DNA from: a bacterium
GTDB lineage: Bacteria > Desulfobacterota > Desulfobulbia > Desulfobulbales > Desulfobulbaceae
Direction: 5' to 3'
Assembly: GCA_030538155.1 (NCBI GenBank)
Contig: JAUNUN010000001.1
Span: 18,654 to 82,653, forward strand
Length of the DNA: 64,000 bases
Position numbers and translations under genes: made by a program. Positions 10,234 through 20,124 of the stretch are shown one piece after another. Numbering within the stretch: the first letter of the stretch is position 1; every line of letters starts with the position of its first letter. The notes beneath the pieces are model-generated. The model worked only from the letters and a program-made list of their open reading frames with translations. It was not told where the DNA came from and made no database searches.

Positions 10234-10352
10234 ATTCCAAGATTAATGGAAACATACCAAAAAGGTGAGGCAAATGCGACGCAAGCGCACCTGCACTCCT
10301 GCAAGCATGCGGAGAACTCGACACAGATAAGGCTTGGACACAGTGGTGGAAT
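10234..10352 (-). repeat. Copy D (diverged) of the ~120-nt imperfect-palindrome intergenic repeat
   Basis: The minus strand starts at the dprA stop codon. It shares ATCTGTGTCG with copy A and TGCGTCGCATTTGCCT (16/16) with copy B. Terminal arms ATTCCA/TGGAAT pair, and the length (119 nt) matches the other copies. Confidence 0.6.
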
Positions 10353-11518
10353 TACCCTCGCACCTTCTCATACAACTGGCCGGGCAGTTGCCGTACCAGG
10401 CCCTGTAGTTCCAAGGTTAAGAGCAGAGGTTGCAAAGTGGCAAGAGGCATATTTGTTTTCCGGGTCAGGCTGTCGATATCAGCGGGATACACATCAAGCG
10501 CCCGCAAAACCTGCTGGGCGGGCGGCGGTAAGTCCTGCTCGGCCTCCTGGATCTCGCCTACCGTGGCGGCACTTGCAGCAACAGGCCAGGATAGTGCTTC
10601 GAACACATCCTCAACCCGTTGCACCAGGATGGCCCCCTGTTGGATAAGCCAGTGAGCGCCGCTGCTTTTAAGGGAATCGATGCGGCCCGGAATGGCCAAC
10701 ACCTCCCGGCCCTGATCCAAGGCCAGGCGGGCGGTAATAAGCGAGCCCGATTTTTCGCCGGCCTCAACCACCAGTACCGCCTGGGCAAGGCCGCTAATGA
10801 TGCGGTTGCGGATAGGGAAGCGGAAGGCCTCGGGCCTGGTTCCTAAAGGAAATTCCGAAACAACCGCGCCGTTTGCGGCAATGTCGTCCAGAAGCCGCCG
10901 GTGCGTTGCCGGATAGGCCACATCCACCCCGCAGCCGAGCACGGCCACGGTTTTGCCGTGCACCTGGAGCGCGCCCTGATGGGCGGCGGCGTCAATGCCG
11001 TAGGCTGCGCCGGAAACAATCACCAGCCCGCGCTGCGCCGCAGTCTGGGCAAAGTGGCGCGCAATTCTGCGGCCGTAGTCGCTGGCGCTTCTGGCGCCAA
11101 TCACCGCCAACATAGGCTCGTGCAAAAACTCGACCTGCCCCCGCACGTAGAGCAATACCGGTTTATCGGCAATATCGCGTAGTACGGGCGGATATTCAGG
11201 GCAGGTACAGGAAAGGAGGGAAATGTTGTGACGGAAAAGCGCTTCCAACTCTCGCAGGGCACGCTCTCCGGCGGTGGCTATGGCCTTGTCGTCACTGAGC
11301 AGGGCAGCCAGCCCAGGCCCCAAGCCGGGACAAGGCTCTGTCGCCTCTTTTTTGTGTTCCAGCACGGCGCGGGCAGAACCCCAAGCTGTTACCAGCCGGG
11401 CAATGCGGGTGCAGCCTAGTCCCGGCAGGAATTGCAAGGTCAGCCACTGTTCCGCGTCCGGACAAATCAAAGGCGCTCTTTTCAAATCTGTTCCCTGGCT
11501 GCCAGAAGTATTCGTCAA
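10352..11518 (-). CDS. dprA: DNA-processing protein DprA/Smf
   Basis: VIVSGAAYGIDAAAHQGAL Rossmann-like core, SGSLITAR, and a C-terminal winged-helix tail. Confidence 0.9.
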   Translation of the reverse strand: MTNTSGSQGTDLKRAPLICPDAEQWLTLQFLPGLGCTRIARLVTAWGSARAVLEHKKEATEPCPGLGPGLAALLSDDKAIATAGERALRELEALFRHNISLLSCTCPEYPPVLRDIADKPVLLYVRGQVEFLHEPMLAVIGARSASDYGRRIARHFAQTAAQRGLVIVSGAAYGIDAAAHQGALQVHGKTVAVLGCGVDVAYPATHRRLLDDIAANGAVVSEFPLGTRPEAFRFPIRNRIISGLAQAVLVVEAGEKSGSLITARLALDQGREVLAIPGRIDSLKSSGAHWLIQQGAILVQRVEDVFEALSWPVAASAATVGEIQEAEQDLPPPAQQVLRALDVYPADIDSLTRKTNMPLATLQPLLLTLELQGLVRQLPGQLYEKVRG

Positions 11519-11567
11519 AAAAGCCTGCCCGCTGCCCGGTTTTATCTCAGCCCAGCCGCACTAGTCT

Positions 11568-13115
11568 TTACTCCAGATAGGACTCCTGCAACTCACTGCT
11601 GCGGGAGGGGTGGCGCAGTTTATTCAGGGCCTGCACCTCGATCTGGCGGATGCGTTCCCTGGTAACACTGAAACAACGGCCAACCTCCTCAAGGGTGTAG
11701 TCGGTTTCCAGTTCGATGCCGTAACGCATGCGCAGCACCTGTTCTTCCCGGGGAGTCAGGGTGCGCATCACCTTGGCCAGACAGCGCTTGAGGCTTTCTG
11801 CCATGGACAATTCCTGCGGGTCAGGATAGGCGTTGCTCTGGATAAAATCACCAAGCATGGCGCTTTCCTCGTCATCGATGGGGGCATCCAAGGAAATGGC
11901 GTCCTGGGCGGTCTTCAGGGTAGCGGCCACCGTTTCCACCGGCAGTTCAAGCCGCTGGGCCAACTCCTCCACCGTGGGTTCGCGCTGCTCACTCTGCTGA
12001 AATTCCCGTGACATGCGAAACATGCGGTTGATCATCTCCAGCACGTGCACCGGCAAGCGGATGGTGCGGCCATGGTCGGCCACGGCCCGGTGGATGGACT
12101 GGCGGATCCACCAGGTGGCATAGGTGGAAAACCGGAAACCACGGGAATAATCGTAGCGGTCCACTGCCTTGAGCAGACCCATATTGCCTTCCTGGATAAG
12201 GTCGGTCAAAGGAAGGCCCCGCTGCAGGTATTTCCGTGCCACCGAAACCACCAGCCGCAAATTCGCCTGTACCAGCATGTCCTTCGCCTGTTTGGCCATC
12301 TCCCGGCCCATCTCGATTTCCTGCTGCACCTCGGTAAAGGCAGGCCAGGTCACACCGACGGTTTCAGCCAGTTCCAGACTGATGCGCCGATCCAAGGTAT
12401 TGACATCCGGCAGCGAGCCATTCGCCTGACCCAACTTGCGCGCCGCAGCCAAAAGCTCCCGCTGCTGGGCGGCAATGCGCACCTTGGCAAACTTCAGCCC
12501 TATCTCCTTGACCGCATCGGCAACGTTGAGCAGGCCCTGGGCACGGAGGCGGTAAGGGTCAAAGAGGGCGGCAATGGCCTGGCCCAGGGAGAGGATCTCA
12601 TCAACGACCGTCTGCTGCTCCTCACTGTCCTCGGTCGTCTTTTTCAGGCCGACAAAGAGTTGGGCCCGCTCTTGCGACAGGTCTCTGGCATCCTGAATGC
12701 GCGCCAGCAAATCTTCCTGCGCCAAGGTGATTTCATCGCCTTCGTTGTCGGGCAAACCCTTGAGGATGGTGGTAATCTTCACTGCACCGCGCTCGATATC
12801 CGCAGCTAGATCTTCTAGGGCGGTCACGCCCAGAGTGAGACGGAGAACGGCGGTCTGAATCCGCTTCTCCCCCTCTTCCACCATGCAGGCCAGGCCAAGC
12901 TCTTCCTCCTGGCTGAGGAGATTCAGATCGCCCATGTCCCTCAGGTAGAGGTTCATAGGATCGTCGCTGCCGCCAAGGCCGCGGCGGTCTCCCTGACGCC
13001 GGTCGTTGCTGATGCGCCGGTCATACTGAACCCGGCGGCGTTCAATGCCGTCCCAAAGAGGGGCTGCTCCACGATTGCCGTCCTGCGCCTGCATTTTTTT
13101 TGTGTGTGGATTCAC
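11568..13115 (-). CDS. rpoD: RNA polymerase primary sigma factor (sigma-70)
   Basis: Region 2 ([37 protein letters not shown]) and region 4.2 ([24 protein letters not shown]). Sits in the classical dnaG-rpoD arrangement. Confidence 0.95.
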   Translation of the reverse strand: MNPHTKKMQAQDGNRGAAPLWDGIERRRVQYDRRISNDRRQGDRRGLGGSDDPMNLYLRDMGDLNLLSQEEELGLACMVEEGEKRIQTAVLRLTLGVTALEDLAADIERGAVKITTILKGLPDNEGDEITLAQEDLLARIQDARDLSQERAQLFVGLKKTTEDSEEQQTVVDEILSLGQAIAALFDPYRLRAQGLLNVADAVKEIGLKFAKVRIAAQQRELLAAARKLGQANGSLPDVNTLDRRISLELAETVGVTWPAFTEVQQEIEMGREMAKQAKDMLVQANLRLVVSVARKYLQRGLPLTDLIQEGNMGLLKAVDRYDYSRGFRFSTYATWWIRQSIHRAVADHGRTIRLPVHVLEMINRMFRMSREFQQSEQREPTVEELAQRLELPVETVAATLKTAQDAISLDAPIDDEESAMLGDFIQSNAYPDPQELSMAESLKRCLAKVMRTLTPREEQVLRMRYGIELETDYTLEEVGRCFSVTRERIRQIEVQALNKLRHPSRSSELQESYLE

Positions 13116-13403
13116 CTGTTCTCCCTTGGTTATGCCTGAGTTTCAGTTGCCTTGTCGATCTTTACGCGCCGACCCTTGGCCTGTACGTCTAAATTCATCT
13201 CAAGATGCAGGCCGTGCCCGGCCACGGCACATACCCACAGAACACAGCTCCAGGTACGCCGATATTGCCTTACGCCTAATCCTTTGATTTCATTTTTGAC
13301 TGGAAAATAAAATCAAAACCGTTCGCATAAAAAGCTACATTATTTTCAGTATATTGCAATATTTGATACCAATGGTGCCGACAGAAAACTCACCCATTTG
13401 TAT

Positions 13404-15215
13404 CTAGCCCGAAAGTTTGCTGCGCAAAAGCTCCAAGGCCCGCCTGCTGTCTCCGCTTCGCTCGGCCTCCTGCAGTTCGCGTTGCAGCTTGGCCGCGCTT
13501 TGCCGCTGCCGCTGCCGGCGCAGCCAGGCAAGCAGCTGTTCAAACATGAGTTTCGCCCCAGGGCCGCCTTCAGTACCCGCCCAGGCCGGCTGTCGCATCA
13601 GACGGGCGACCAGATAGGCTCGTTCATCGGCCTCAAGCGGTGCGGCGAGTATGTATTCCGGCTGTTTGGCTGTTGTGGCCGCTCCCTGGCTCTTCATCAG
13701 TTCCAGCAAGCGCCGCAGCACGGGACTGCGCACCACCTCGGCCAGCCCTTCCTCTTGCAAGGGCAAAAGATATTCAGGCCAGAAAAGAAGAAAATCAAGC
13801 AGCTGCGCCTCCTGCCTGGTAAGAGTCTGCAGGCCGGAAGGGGTGCTTTGTCCTGTTTCTCCTTCGGGCGGGGGCGATGGGGGCGGAGGCTGCTCCGGCG
13901 CAGCCTTGTTTCCACTGAAAAAACTCAGGGAAACGCCAAGTTTTGCGGCAAAATGGGCGCCCATCAATTCGCGCTGCTCGCGGCCGGCCGCAGCCTGGAG
14001 CAACGGTTTCAACTCCTGAACAATGCGCGCCTTGCCGTCCAGGGTCAGGCCATGCTCAGCCATGAGCCGGTCCAGGGCAAACTCGGCCAAAGGCAGGGCC
14101 TTTGCGGCCAGTTCCTCAATCGCGGCCCGACCCTGTTCGCGCACAAAGGAATCCGGATCGTGCCCTCTGGGCAACATGGCCACCCGCCCCTCCAGGGATT
14201 CCTCCAAAAAAAAGGGGATACTACGCATGGCCGCTTTGAGCCCGGCAGCATCGGCGTCAAAGAGTAGAATCACTTCGTCGCAGTACTTGCCAAGTGCGTG
14301 CACATGCTCCTTGGTCAGGGCAGTGCCCAATGGGGCGACCACGTTCTCTATCCCGTGCACGGCCAAGAGCAAAAGATCAAAATTGCCTTCCACCACCAAG
14401 GCCTGACGCAGTTTGCGAATGCGATCCCGATGCGGATAGAGACCGAACAGCTGGCGGCTCTTACTAAAAACCAGGCTTTCCGGCGAGTTCATGTATTTGG
14501 GCCGGCCTTCGCCCAGGATACGGCCGCCAAAACCGGTGATGCGGCCGCTCATGTCCTGAAGCGGAAAAAGAACCCGGCTGCGGAAGCGGTCGTAGTGACC
14601 GCCTTTTTTGCCGACAGCACTCAGCCCAGCCTGTACGAGCAGATCTTCGGCAAAGCCCTGGCTCGTCAAGTTGCGGGTCAGATAATCCCAACCTGACGCA
14701 CCAGGGTCGGGCGCACAACCTAAACGATAGCGGGTAATCGCCTCATCGGGCACGCCGCGCCCTTGCAAATACTCTCGCGCCTGCAGGCCCAGCCGAGTAT
14801 CTGCCAGGGTCTTTTCATAGCATCGGGCCGCAGCTTCGAGCGCCGCATACAGGCGCTCCCGCTGCTGGATGCGTTCCTGCTCGGCAGCGCTCATCTGCCG
14901 TTCGGGCAAATCAATCTGATAGCGGCCGGCCAGTTGTTTCAGCGCCTCGGGAAAATCAACATGAAGGTATTCCATGAGAAAGGTGAAGACATCCCCGGAA
15001 GCGCCGCAGCCAAAGCAGTAATAAAACTGTTCCTGTGGATTGACCGAAAAGGAAGGGGTCTTTTCCCCGTGGAAGGGACAGAGGCCGGTATAGCGCAGCC
15101 CGGCCCGCTTTAAGGCCACGTGCTCGCCAATTACCTCAACAATGTCGGCAGCGTCCTTGACGGCATTTTTGACCGTCTCCTGCAGGGTAAGCGAAGTCAT
15201 GTGAGCGGCAAGCAC
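13404..15215 (-). CDS. dnaG: DNA primase
   Basis: Zinc ribbon CPFHGEKTPSFSVNPQEQFYYCFGCGASGD, a TOPRIM region (VVEGNFDLLLL, LFDADAAG) and a C-terminal helicase-interaction region. Confidence 0.95.
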   Translation of the reverse strand: MLAAHMTSLTLQETVKNAVKDAADIVEVIGEHVALKRAGLRYTGLCPFHGEKTPSFSVNPQEQFYYCFGCGASGDVFTFLMEYLHVDFPEALKQLAGRYQIDLPERQMSAAEQERIQQRERLYAALEAAARCYEKTLADTRLGLQAREYLQGRGVPDEAITRYRLGCAPDPGASGWDYLTRNLTSQGFAEDLLVQAGLSAVGKKGGHYDRFRSRVLFPLQDMSGRITGFGGRILGEGRPKYMNSPESLVFSKSRQLFGLYPHRDRIRKLRQALVVEGNFDLLLLAVHGIENVVAPLGTALTKEHVHALGKYCDEVILLFDADAAGLKAAMRSIPFFLEESLEGRVAMLPRGHDPDSFVREQGRAAIEELAAKALPLAEFALDRLMAEHGLTLDGKARIVQELKPLLQAAAGREQRELMGAHFAAKLGVSLSFFSGNKAAPEQPPPPSPPPEGETGQSTPSGLQTLTRQEAQLLDFLLFWPEYLLPLQEEGLAEVVRSPVLRRLLELMKSQGAATTAKQPEYILAAPLEADERAYLVARLMRQPAWAGTEGGPGAKLMFEQLLAWLRRQRQRQSAAKLQRELQEAERSGDSRRALELLRSKLSG

Positions 15216-15257
15216 TGAAACTGCTGTGAGTGATGAGTATGCGACACAGGCTCCATC

Positions 15258-16700
15258 TCAGGCCACCCACTGCTCCAAGGTGCTGAGCTGGTATGCGCCC
15301 GCGCTCGGGTTCCGCCGCCAGGAGCAGACCCCTTCCATGTCCATGCCCCGAAACAGCACCGAAACAGGCATGTCGGCGGAAACCACCACCACAATCACGT
15401 TCCGGTGCTCATGGCTGTAACGCAGGGCGGAGTTATAGCGCGCTCCCCGGGCCCGGTCTTCTCCGTCATAGGTGCGGCCATCGAGCAGGGTGGCAAAACC
15501 GTGCAAGTGCAAATCCGCGCCGATATGCAGGGCCCCGTCCACCTTGGCGAGCGATTTGGCCATGTGCAACATGGCGGGCTTGCTCAGATCGAGCGGCGGT
15601 TTGAGTGCATAACCCGCAATGTTTTCCGGTTCCTTGTTCAAATCCAGCACCAGGGTGCAGCCATGTTTGTTGCGCTGGGCGTGATAAACCATGGCTGTGA
15701 CCACGCGGAACAGGAAAAAGCGCTGCGACTGTTCCAGATCCTGCTCCAAGAGCAGTTCCTCAAGCTGCACCAGGGTGGGCCGGTAATTGGTGGAAGAAAA
15801 GCGGCCGTCTGAGAAGCTGCAGATCTTGTCGTTATTTACTTTGAGAAAACCCCTGCGGCCGAAAAACTCCGCACATACGGAAAAGGCCGGCCGCTTGCCG
15901 CCGCAAATGCCCAGGATGCAGCGGCCGTCGCTGACCAGGAAGCGGTTGGCATGCTCCACACTCTGCAGCATCTTGCGCACATGGCGATAGTGGGAAAGCT
16001 GGGGCCGCGCATCGTGGTCAAATTCAATCAGATATTCTACTTCATGGGTCATACGCGGGTCAATGAACAGGAGCTGCCCTTCGGGCCAGGAGCCTTCTTC
16101 CCTGGTTTCCGAGATCATGAGGATGGCGTCCAGCACCGGGTAAATCCTAAGCGGCGTATCCCAGCCGATGAGGCGGTTCATGCGGTCTATGATGTGGTCG
16201 CGCACCGCATGGGTGGCATATTCCTTCAAGAAATAGCCGGAAATGCCCGAGTAGCGCTCTACCCCGTTGGCCACATCATGGGCGAAACGCCAAAGCGCAT
16301 GCTCAAGCCAGCATTCCGTGGGCCCTGGGGAACAGAGGTTTGGGTGGTGATCGGTGAACCAGTGCTGATAAAAGACTGGGCTTGAATAGCCGCCGCTGGA
16401 GAGAAGCCCGGCCAGGCCCAAACTCGGCACGGACAGCACATCGATAAATTTTCTGTCGGTGATCCTGGCTTTGTCGTGGTAGCGCCAGGACTCATCCTGC
16501 AGGAAAAGTTGCTTGAAGATGGGCTCATGCCCCTGCAGGAGATTTTGCGGATCGCAGATCATCAGCGGGCTGTCTGCAGTCAGGGCGAACATGGCTGCAG
16601 CCCGGCTTGCGCCGGAAAAGTGGGTGAACCCTTCACTCAAACCGTTGATGATATCACTGACGCAACGCCGGATAAAGGAGTACTGTGCTTTATCGATCAT
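15258..16700 (-). CDS. Uncharacterised 480-aa protein with a C-terminal DisA_N/DAC (diadenylate cyclase)-like domain
   Basis: The C-terminal ~120 aa align by eye to the DAC fold: HGCTLVLD ... VDGALHI (DGA motif, codons 15539..15531) ... RGARYNSALRYS (RYN at the RHR position, 15440..15432) ... VIVVVVSADMPVSVL (SEETG position). I did not recognise the N-terminal ~330 aa. Confidence 0.75.
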   Translation of the reverse strand: MIDKAQYSFIRRCVSDIINGLSEGFTHFSGASRAAAMFALTADSPLMICDPQNLLQGHEPIFKQLFLQDESWRYHDKARITDRKFIDVLSVPSLGLAGLLSSGGYSSPVFYQHWFTDHHPNLCSPGPTECWLEHALWRFAHDVANGVERYSGISGYFLKEYATHAVRDHIIDRMNRLIGWDTPLRIYPVLDAILMISETREEGSWPEGQLLFIDPRMTHEVEYLIEFDHDARPQLSHYRHVRKMLQSVEHANRFLVSDGRCILGICGGKRPAFSVCAEFFGRRGFLKVNNDKICSFSDGRFSSTNYRPTLVQLEELLLEQDLEQSQRFFLFRVVTAMVYHAQRNKHGCTLVLDLNKEPENIAGYALKPPLDLSKPAMLHMAKSLAKVDGALHIGADLHLHGFATLLDGRTYDGEDRARGARYNSALRYSHEHRNVIVVVVSADMPVSVLFRGMDMEGVCSWRRNPSAGAYQLSTLEQWVA

Positions 16701-16992
16701 AAGAGAGGCTCCTCACCCTTCAGGGCACACCGTATCACGCTGAAGATGCAAACAAAATATAGAAAACGACTATCCTGTCAGGGTACAGGTAAGGCAGTGG
16801 AGCGTCAAGCTGATTTCAGGTCGCATCCGCGCAGGGATACGGGCGTACATGAAGGTAAGTCCTACAACTGTATGTCCAAGCCGCCACTGGTAGGGCGCTG
16901 AAAGGGAGATGGCATTGCAGGAAAAGCACTGTCAGCAGCTGCACAGGCATGGTAGATTGGCGGCATTATTTTATTCGTGAGGAGACCGAGGT

Positions 16993-17187
16993 ATGGATGA
17001 CCAGATATCCCAGGAATTGATCCGCATTCTGCGTAAAAATGAGCAGTCCGACTTTGAAGAGAGCTTTGAACGCGCCTTTGAGCTGACCAAGGCCTATGCG
17101 GGCTCGGCCAATGCCCAGGCCTCGGCCATCCCCTTTGTCTTTGAAAAACTCTTTGAACTGTTTGTTACCGGTAAAACCAGAAATTAG
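16993..17187 (+). CDS. Hypothetical small acidic helical protein (64 aa)
   Basis: ATG preceded by GAGGAGACCGAGG. No homology recognised. Only ORF shape and the SD support it. Confidence 0.4.
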   Translation: MDDQISQELIRILRKNEQSDFEESFERAFELTKAYAGSANAQASAIPFVFEKLFELFVTGKTRN

Positions 17188-17205
17188 ACCGGCTTTAGCC
17201 TAGTA

Positions 17206-17832
17206 TTATCTCGTACCGAAGATCTTGTCGCCGGCATCGCCCAAGCCCGGCAGGATGTAGCTGTTCTTGTCGAGGCAGTGATCCACAGCAGCCACATAGA
17301 TATCCACATCCGGGTGCTTTTCCTGCAGCTTGGCAATGCCCTCCGGCGCTGCCACCAGAAAGATGCCGATGATGTCCTTGCAGCCCGCCTCCTTCAACAT
17401 GTCGATGGTGGCAATCAGGGTACCGCCTGTGGCCAGCATGGGGTCCAAGATCACGGCCTTGCGCTGGTCAATGTCCTGCACCAGTTTTTTAAAATAGGTC
17501 ACCGGCTGCATGGTGGATTCGTCCCGGTAGATGCCCACCACCGAAATCCGTGCCGTGGGCACTGCCCGCAAAACCCCTTCCATCATGCCGATGCCTGCCC
17601 GCAGGATGGGCACGATGGTAAACTTCTTCCCCTTGATGCGCTCCACCTCAACCGGTCCTGCCCAGGACTCAATCCACACCTTTTCCGCCGGCAGATTGCG
17701 GGTCGCTTCATAGGTAAGGAGCATACCGACCTCTGAGGCCAGCTCGCGAAAGTCCTTAGTGGAAATATCTTTCTCACGCAATATTCCCAACTTATGGCGC
17801 ACCAGCGGGTGCTTTATCTCAAATACTGCCAT
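17206..17832 (-). CDS. upp: Uracil phosphoribosyltransferase
   Basis: HPLVRHKL..., RAGIGM and the [15 protein letters not shown]-binding loop. AAGGAGG SD upstream. Confidence 0.95.
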   Translation of the reverse strand: MAVFEIKHPLVRHKLGILREKDISTKDFRELASEVGMLLTYEATRNLPAEKVWIESWAGPVEVERIKGKKFTIVPILRAGIGMMEGVLRAVPTARISVVGIYRDESTMQPVTYFKKLVQDIDQRKAVILDPMLATGGTLIATIDMLKEAGCKDIIGIFLVAAPEGIAKLQEKHPDVDIYVAAVDHCLDKNSYILPGLGDAGDKIFGTR

Positions 17833-17874
17833 CGCTGCCTCCTTGTCTCATGGAGCTCGCTGCCCAAATGTTCG

Positions 17875-18831
17875 TTATTCCGGCCGTTTCCTGCCGCCTT
17901 GCTTGAGCAGCTTCTGCATCTGCTGCAGATCCTGCCAGGCTGCTGCTTTCATATCTATAACCTGCAGCAGAAAACGGGGATGATAGGTCACCATGACCGA
18001 ATAGTTTGTCATCGATTCTCCTCCTGCCTGCAGGCTGTGCACACGACCACGCAGACGCGCCACCGGTTCGCTTCCGCCCAAGAGTACGGCTGCAGCCACT
18101 TCGCCCATGGCGCAGATCAGGCGCGGCCGTACACTTTTGATTTCATCTACCAGATGCAAGCGACACTGTCGCAGCCAGGCCGCTTCCGGCGTCTCACCTG
18201 TCGCCGACCGGCACTTCAGCGCATTGGTGACGTACACATCCTTTGGCCCCAGCTGAATGGCCTGCATCATCTTCCAAAAGAGGAGGTCTTCCTCCACGCC
18301 AAAAGAAAGTTGATCCGGCTCCGGTTGCGGCCCTTGAAGTGCGGCATAGTCACCCACCACCATGAAAGCAGCATGGGCCGGGCCTCTCCCTAAAACGCGA
18401 CCTGAGGCATGCGCCGCCCCCAAAGGACAACGATTGCAGGCCTGCAAGGCCTTGTTGACCTGGACCAGGCTGCCTGTGGCCGGGATCTGGGCCTGGGTTT
18501 GAGTTGAGGCTTGGGTTGAGGCCTTGGTTTGAGCTTGTTTCGTTTCCCTGTCCCGCCCTGCTGCGCTGCCTGGAGCCGGTACTTCTTTGGCCTGGATCGC
18601 TTGCCGCACAAGCTGGGGTCCGGCAATGTAGGGGTAGCTTGTAATACCGCATTGCTGATGAAAAGAGAGTCGGGCGCGCAGGGCTGCAGCCAGCCGCCGC
18701 AGCTCTTCAGGCTGGGCCGCGGGATTAGCGGCACTCGTGGCACTCACATCATTCGCGCCATTACCGTGTTCCTCTCTTCTTATCAAATCGTGCATGGGTG
18801 TTCTACCTACAGGCGATGCGCTACTGGGCAT
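17875..18831 (-). CDS. Uracil-DNA glycosylase, family 4, with a low-complexity N-terminal extension
   Basis: The C-terminal ~190 aa carry CNRCPL, GRGPAHAAFMVVGDYA, VYVTNALKCR and TYHPRFLL motifs. The N-terminal ~120 aa are A/Q/T-rich. Confidence 0.8.
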   Translation of the reverse strand: MPSSASPVGRTPMHDLIRREEHGNGANDVSATSAANPAAQPEELRRLAAALRARLSFHQQCGITSYPYIAGPQLVRQAIQAKEVPAPGSAAGRDRETKQAQTKASTQASTQTQAQIPATGSLVQVNKALQACNRCPLGAAHASGRVLGRGPAHAAFMVVGDYAALQGPQPEPDQLSFGVEEDLLFWKMMQAIQLGPKDVYVTNALKCRSATGETPEAAWLRQCRLHLVDEIKSVRPRLICAMGEVAAAVLLGGSEPVARLRGRVHSLQAGGESMTNYSVMVTYHPRFLLQVIDMKAAAWQDLQQMQKLLKQGGRKRPE

Positions 18832-19042
18832 TCTAAATTGATGCGCTCTATGTACCGGTATTTATATTGCTTCTCTCTATCGGCCATCTCTTGTGGCAGA
18901 GGGCGGGCAGTATTGACGAAAGCGCTGTCATGGCTACAATACCTTCAGTTGCACTCAGGCTTGAACCAAGTGCTACTAACAAAGCAGGGCGCAGCCTTTG
19001 CTGCCCCGCATCAAGCCATCCCACCCTTACCTGGAAAGCCCC

Positions 19043-19246
19043 ATGCCGCTCTACGAATACCGGTGCCGCTCCTGCGGCGCAGATTTTGAGCATCTCACCA
19101 CCTCGATCAGTCAGCAGCACAGCGTACACTGCCCGCGCTGCGGCGGAAAAGAGGTGCAGAAGCAGATCTCGGCCTCAAGCTCGCTGCGCTCCACAGCTCA
19201 ACAGGCAGGCGCGCCCAGCTGCCGGCCCAGAGGGGCCTTCCGCTGA
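19043..19246 (+). CDS. FmdB-family zinc-ribbon protein
   Basis: MPLYEYRCRSCGADFE...HCPRCGGKEVQKQIS is the canonical CxxC...CxxC FmdB signature. ATG at 19043. Confidence 0.8.
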   Translation: MPLYEYRCRSCGADFEHLTTSISQQHSVHCPRCGGKEVQKQISASSSLRSTAQQAGAPSCRPRGAFR

Positions 19247-19308
19247 GGATGACGGCAGGGAACCCGTGCGGTTCCCCCTTAACAAGATAACGACCCACGG
19301 TAACGGCC

Positions 19309-19668
19309 TCACTTGCCGCCTGGCCGGTTGAATTCATAGACCCGTTCGTCTTTCTTCAAAAGGCCGTGTTTTTCCCGCGCCACCTTTTCGATATAGGCTT
19401 CGTCGGTTTTAAGGCGCTCGATCTCCCGGCGCAGGGCTGCATTGTTTTGCTCAAGTCTGGCATTTTCCTGCTGGATAGCGGCAAGCTCCTTCCGGCTGCT
19501 GCGGTAATACAGGTAACCGCTGCCCGGCGCAAAGAGCAGCCAGAGCAGCAGCAGCAGTAAAACAAGACCCGTCAGCACCCAGAAGCCGCCGCGCGAACCC
19601 TTATCGCCATAACGCGGCCGTGTTGTGCCCACGGTGCTCCGCCTCTTATTCCTTTTCAACCACTTCAC
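19309..19668 (-). CDS. ftsB: Cell division protein FtsB/DivIC (septum formation initiator)
   Basis: A single TM helix (FWVLTGLVLLLLLLWLLF) followed by a coiled coil and the EKVAREKHGL motif typical of FtsB. Confidence 0.75.
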   Translation of the reverse strand: MKWLKRNKRRSTVGTTRPRYGDKGSRGGFWVLTGLVLLLLLLWLLFAPGSGYLYYRSSRKELAAIQQENARLEQNNAALRREIERLKTDEAYIEKVAREKHGLLKKDERVYEFNRPGGK

Positions 19669-19679
19669 TGCACGCCCCC

Positions 19680-20093
19680 ATGCCGCCTAAACCACTGTGT
19701 CTTGTCAGTTCCTGCCTTCTTGGTCTGTGTACCCGCTACGACGGAAAAGGCAAACAAAATGAGGAATGCCTGCGCCTGCTCAAGGCATACCGCTTTCTTC
19801 CCATCTGCCCGGAACAGCTTGGCGGGCTCCCCACGCCACGGCCTCCGGCCTCGATTATGGGCGGCGATGGACATGCCGTTTTAGATGGCCGTGCCCGGGT
19901 GCTGGACACCCATGGCCGTGATCTTTCCGCTGCCTTTATCAGAGGCGCATCCATGGTGCTGGCCATTGCCCGCCTGCAGGAAGTGCAGGTGGCTCTGCTG
20001 AAATCAGGCAGCCCTTCCTGCGGCAGCATGCCCACTGCCGGGGTAACCGCTGCCCTGCTGCAGCGCGCGGGCATACATGTACGCTCATTGTAG
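19680..20093 (+). CDS. DUF523 (YbbK-like) family protein
   Basis: CLVSSCLLGLCTRYDG...ICPEQLGGLPTPRPP...LKSGSPSCG is the conserved Cys pattern of DUF523. ATG at 19680. Confidence 0.8.
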   Translation: MPPKPLCLVSSCLLGLCTRYDGKGKQNEECLRLLKAYRFLPICPEQLGGLPTPRPPASIMGGDGHAVLDGRARVLDTHGRDLSAAFIRGASMVLAIARLQEVQVALLKSGSPSCGSMPTAGVTAALLQRAGIHVRSL

Positions 20094-20124
20094 CACCGGC
20101 TTGCAGGCATAGAACGCGCGGAAC

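Noticed and set aside
10230-10252. Stand-alone hairpin TTCCATT-ccaagatt-AATGGAA as a dprA terminator.
   Set aside because: No T-run follows it on the transcribed strand. It is better explained as part of the 3' portion of repeat copy D.
18850-18960. Possible further repeat copy in the UDG/FmdB divergent spacer (GTACCGGTATT and CAGAGGGCG strings).
   Set aside because: Only two short blocks match. The spacing differs from the other copies, and I could not find paired arms.
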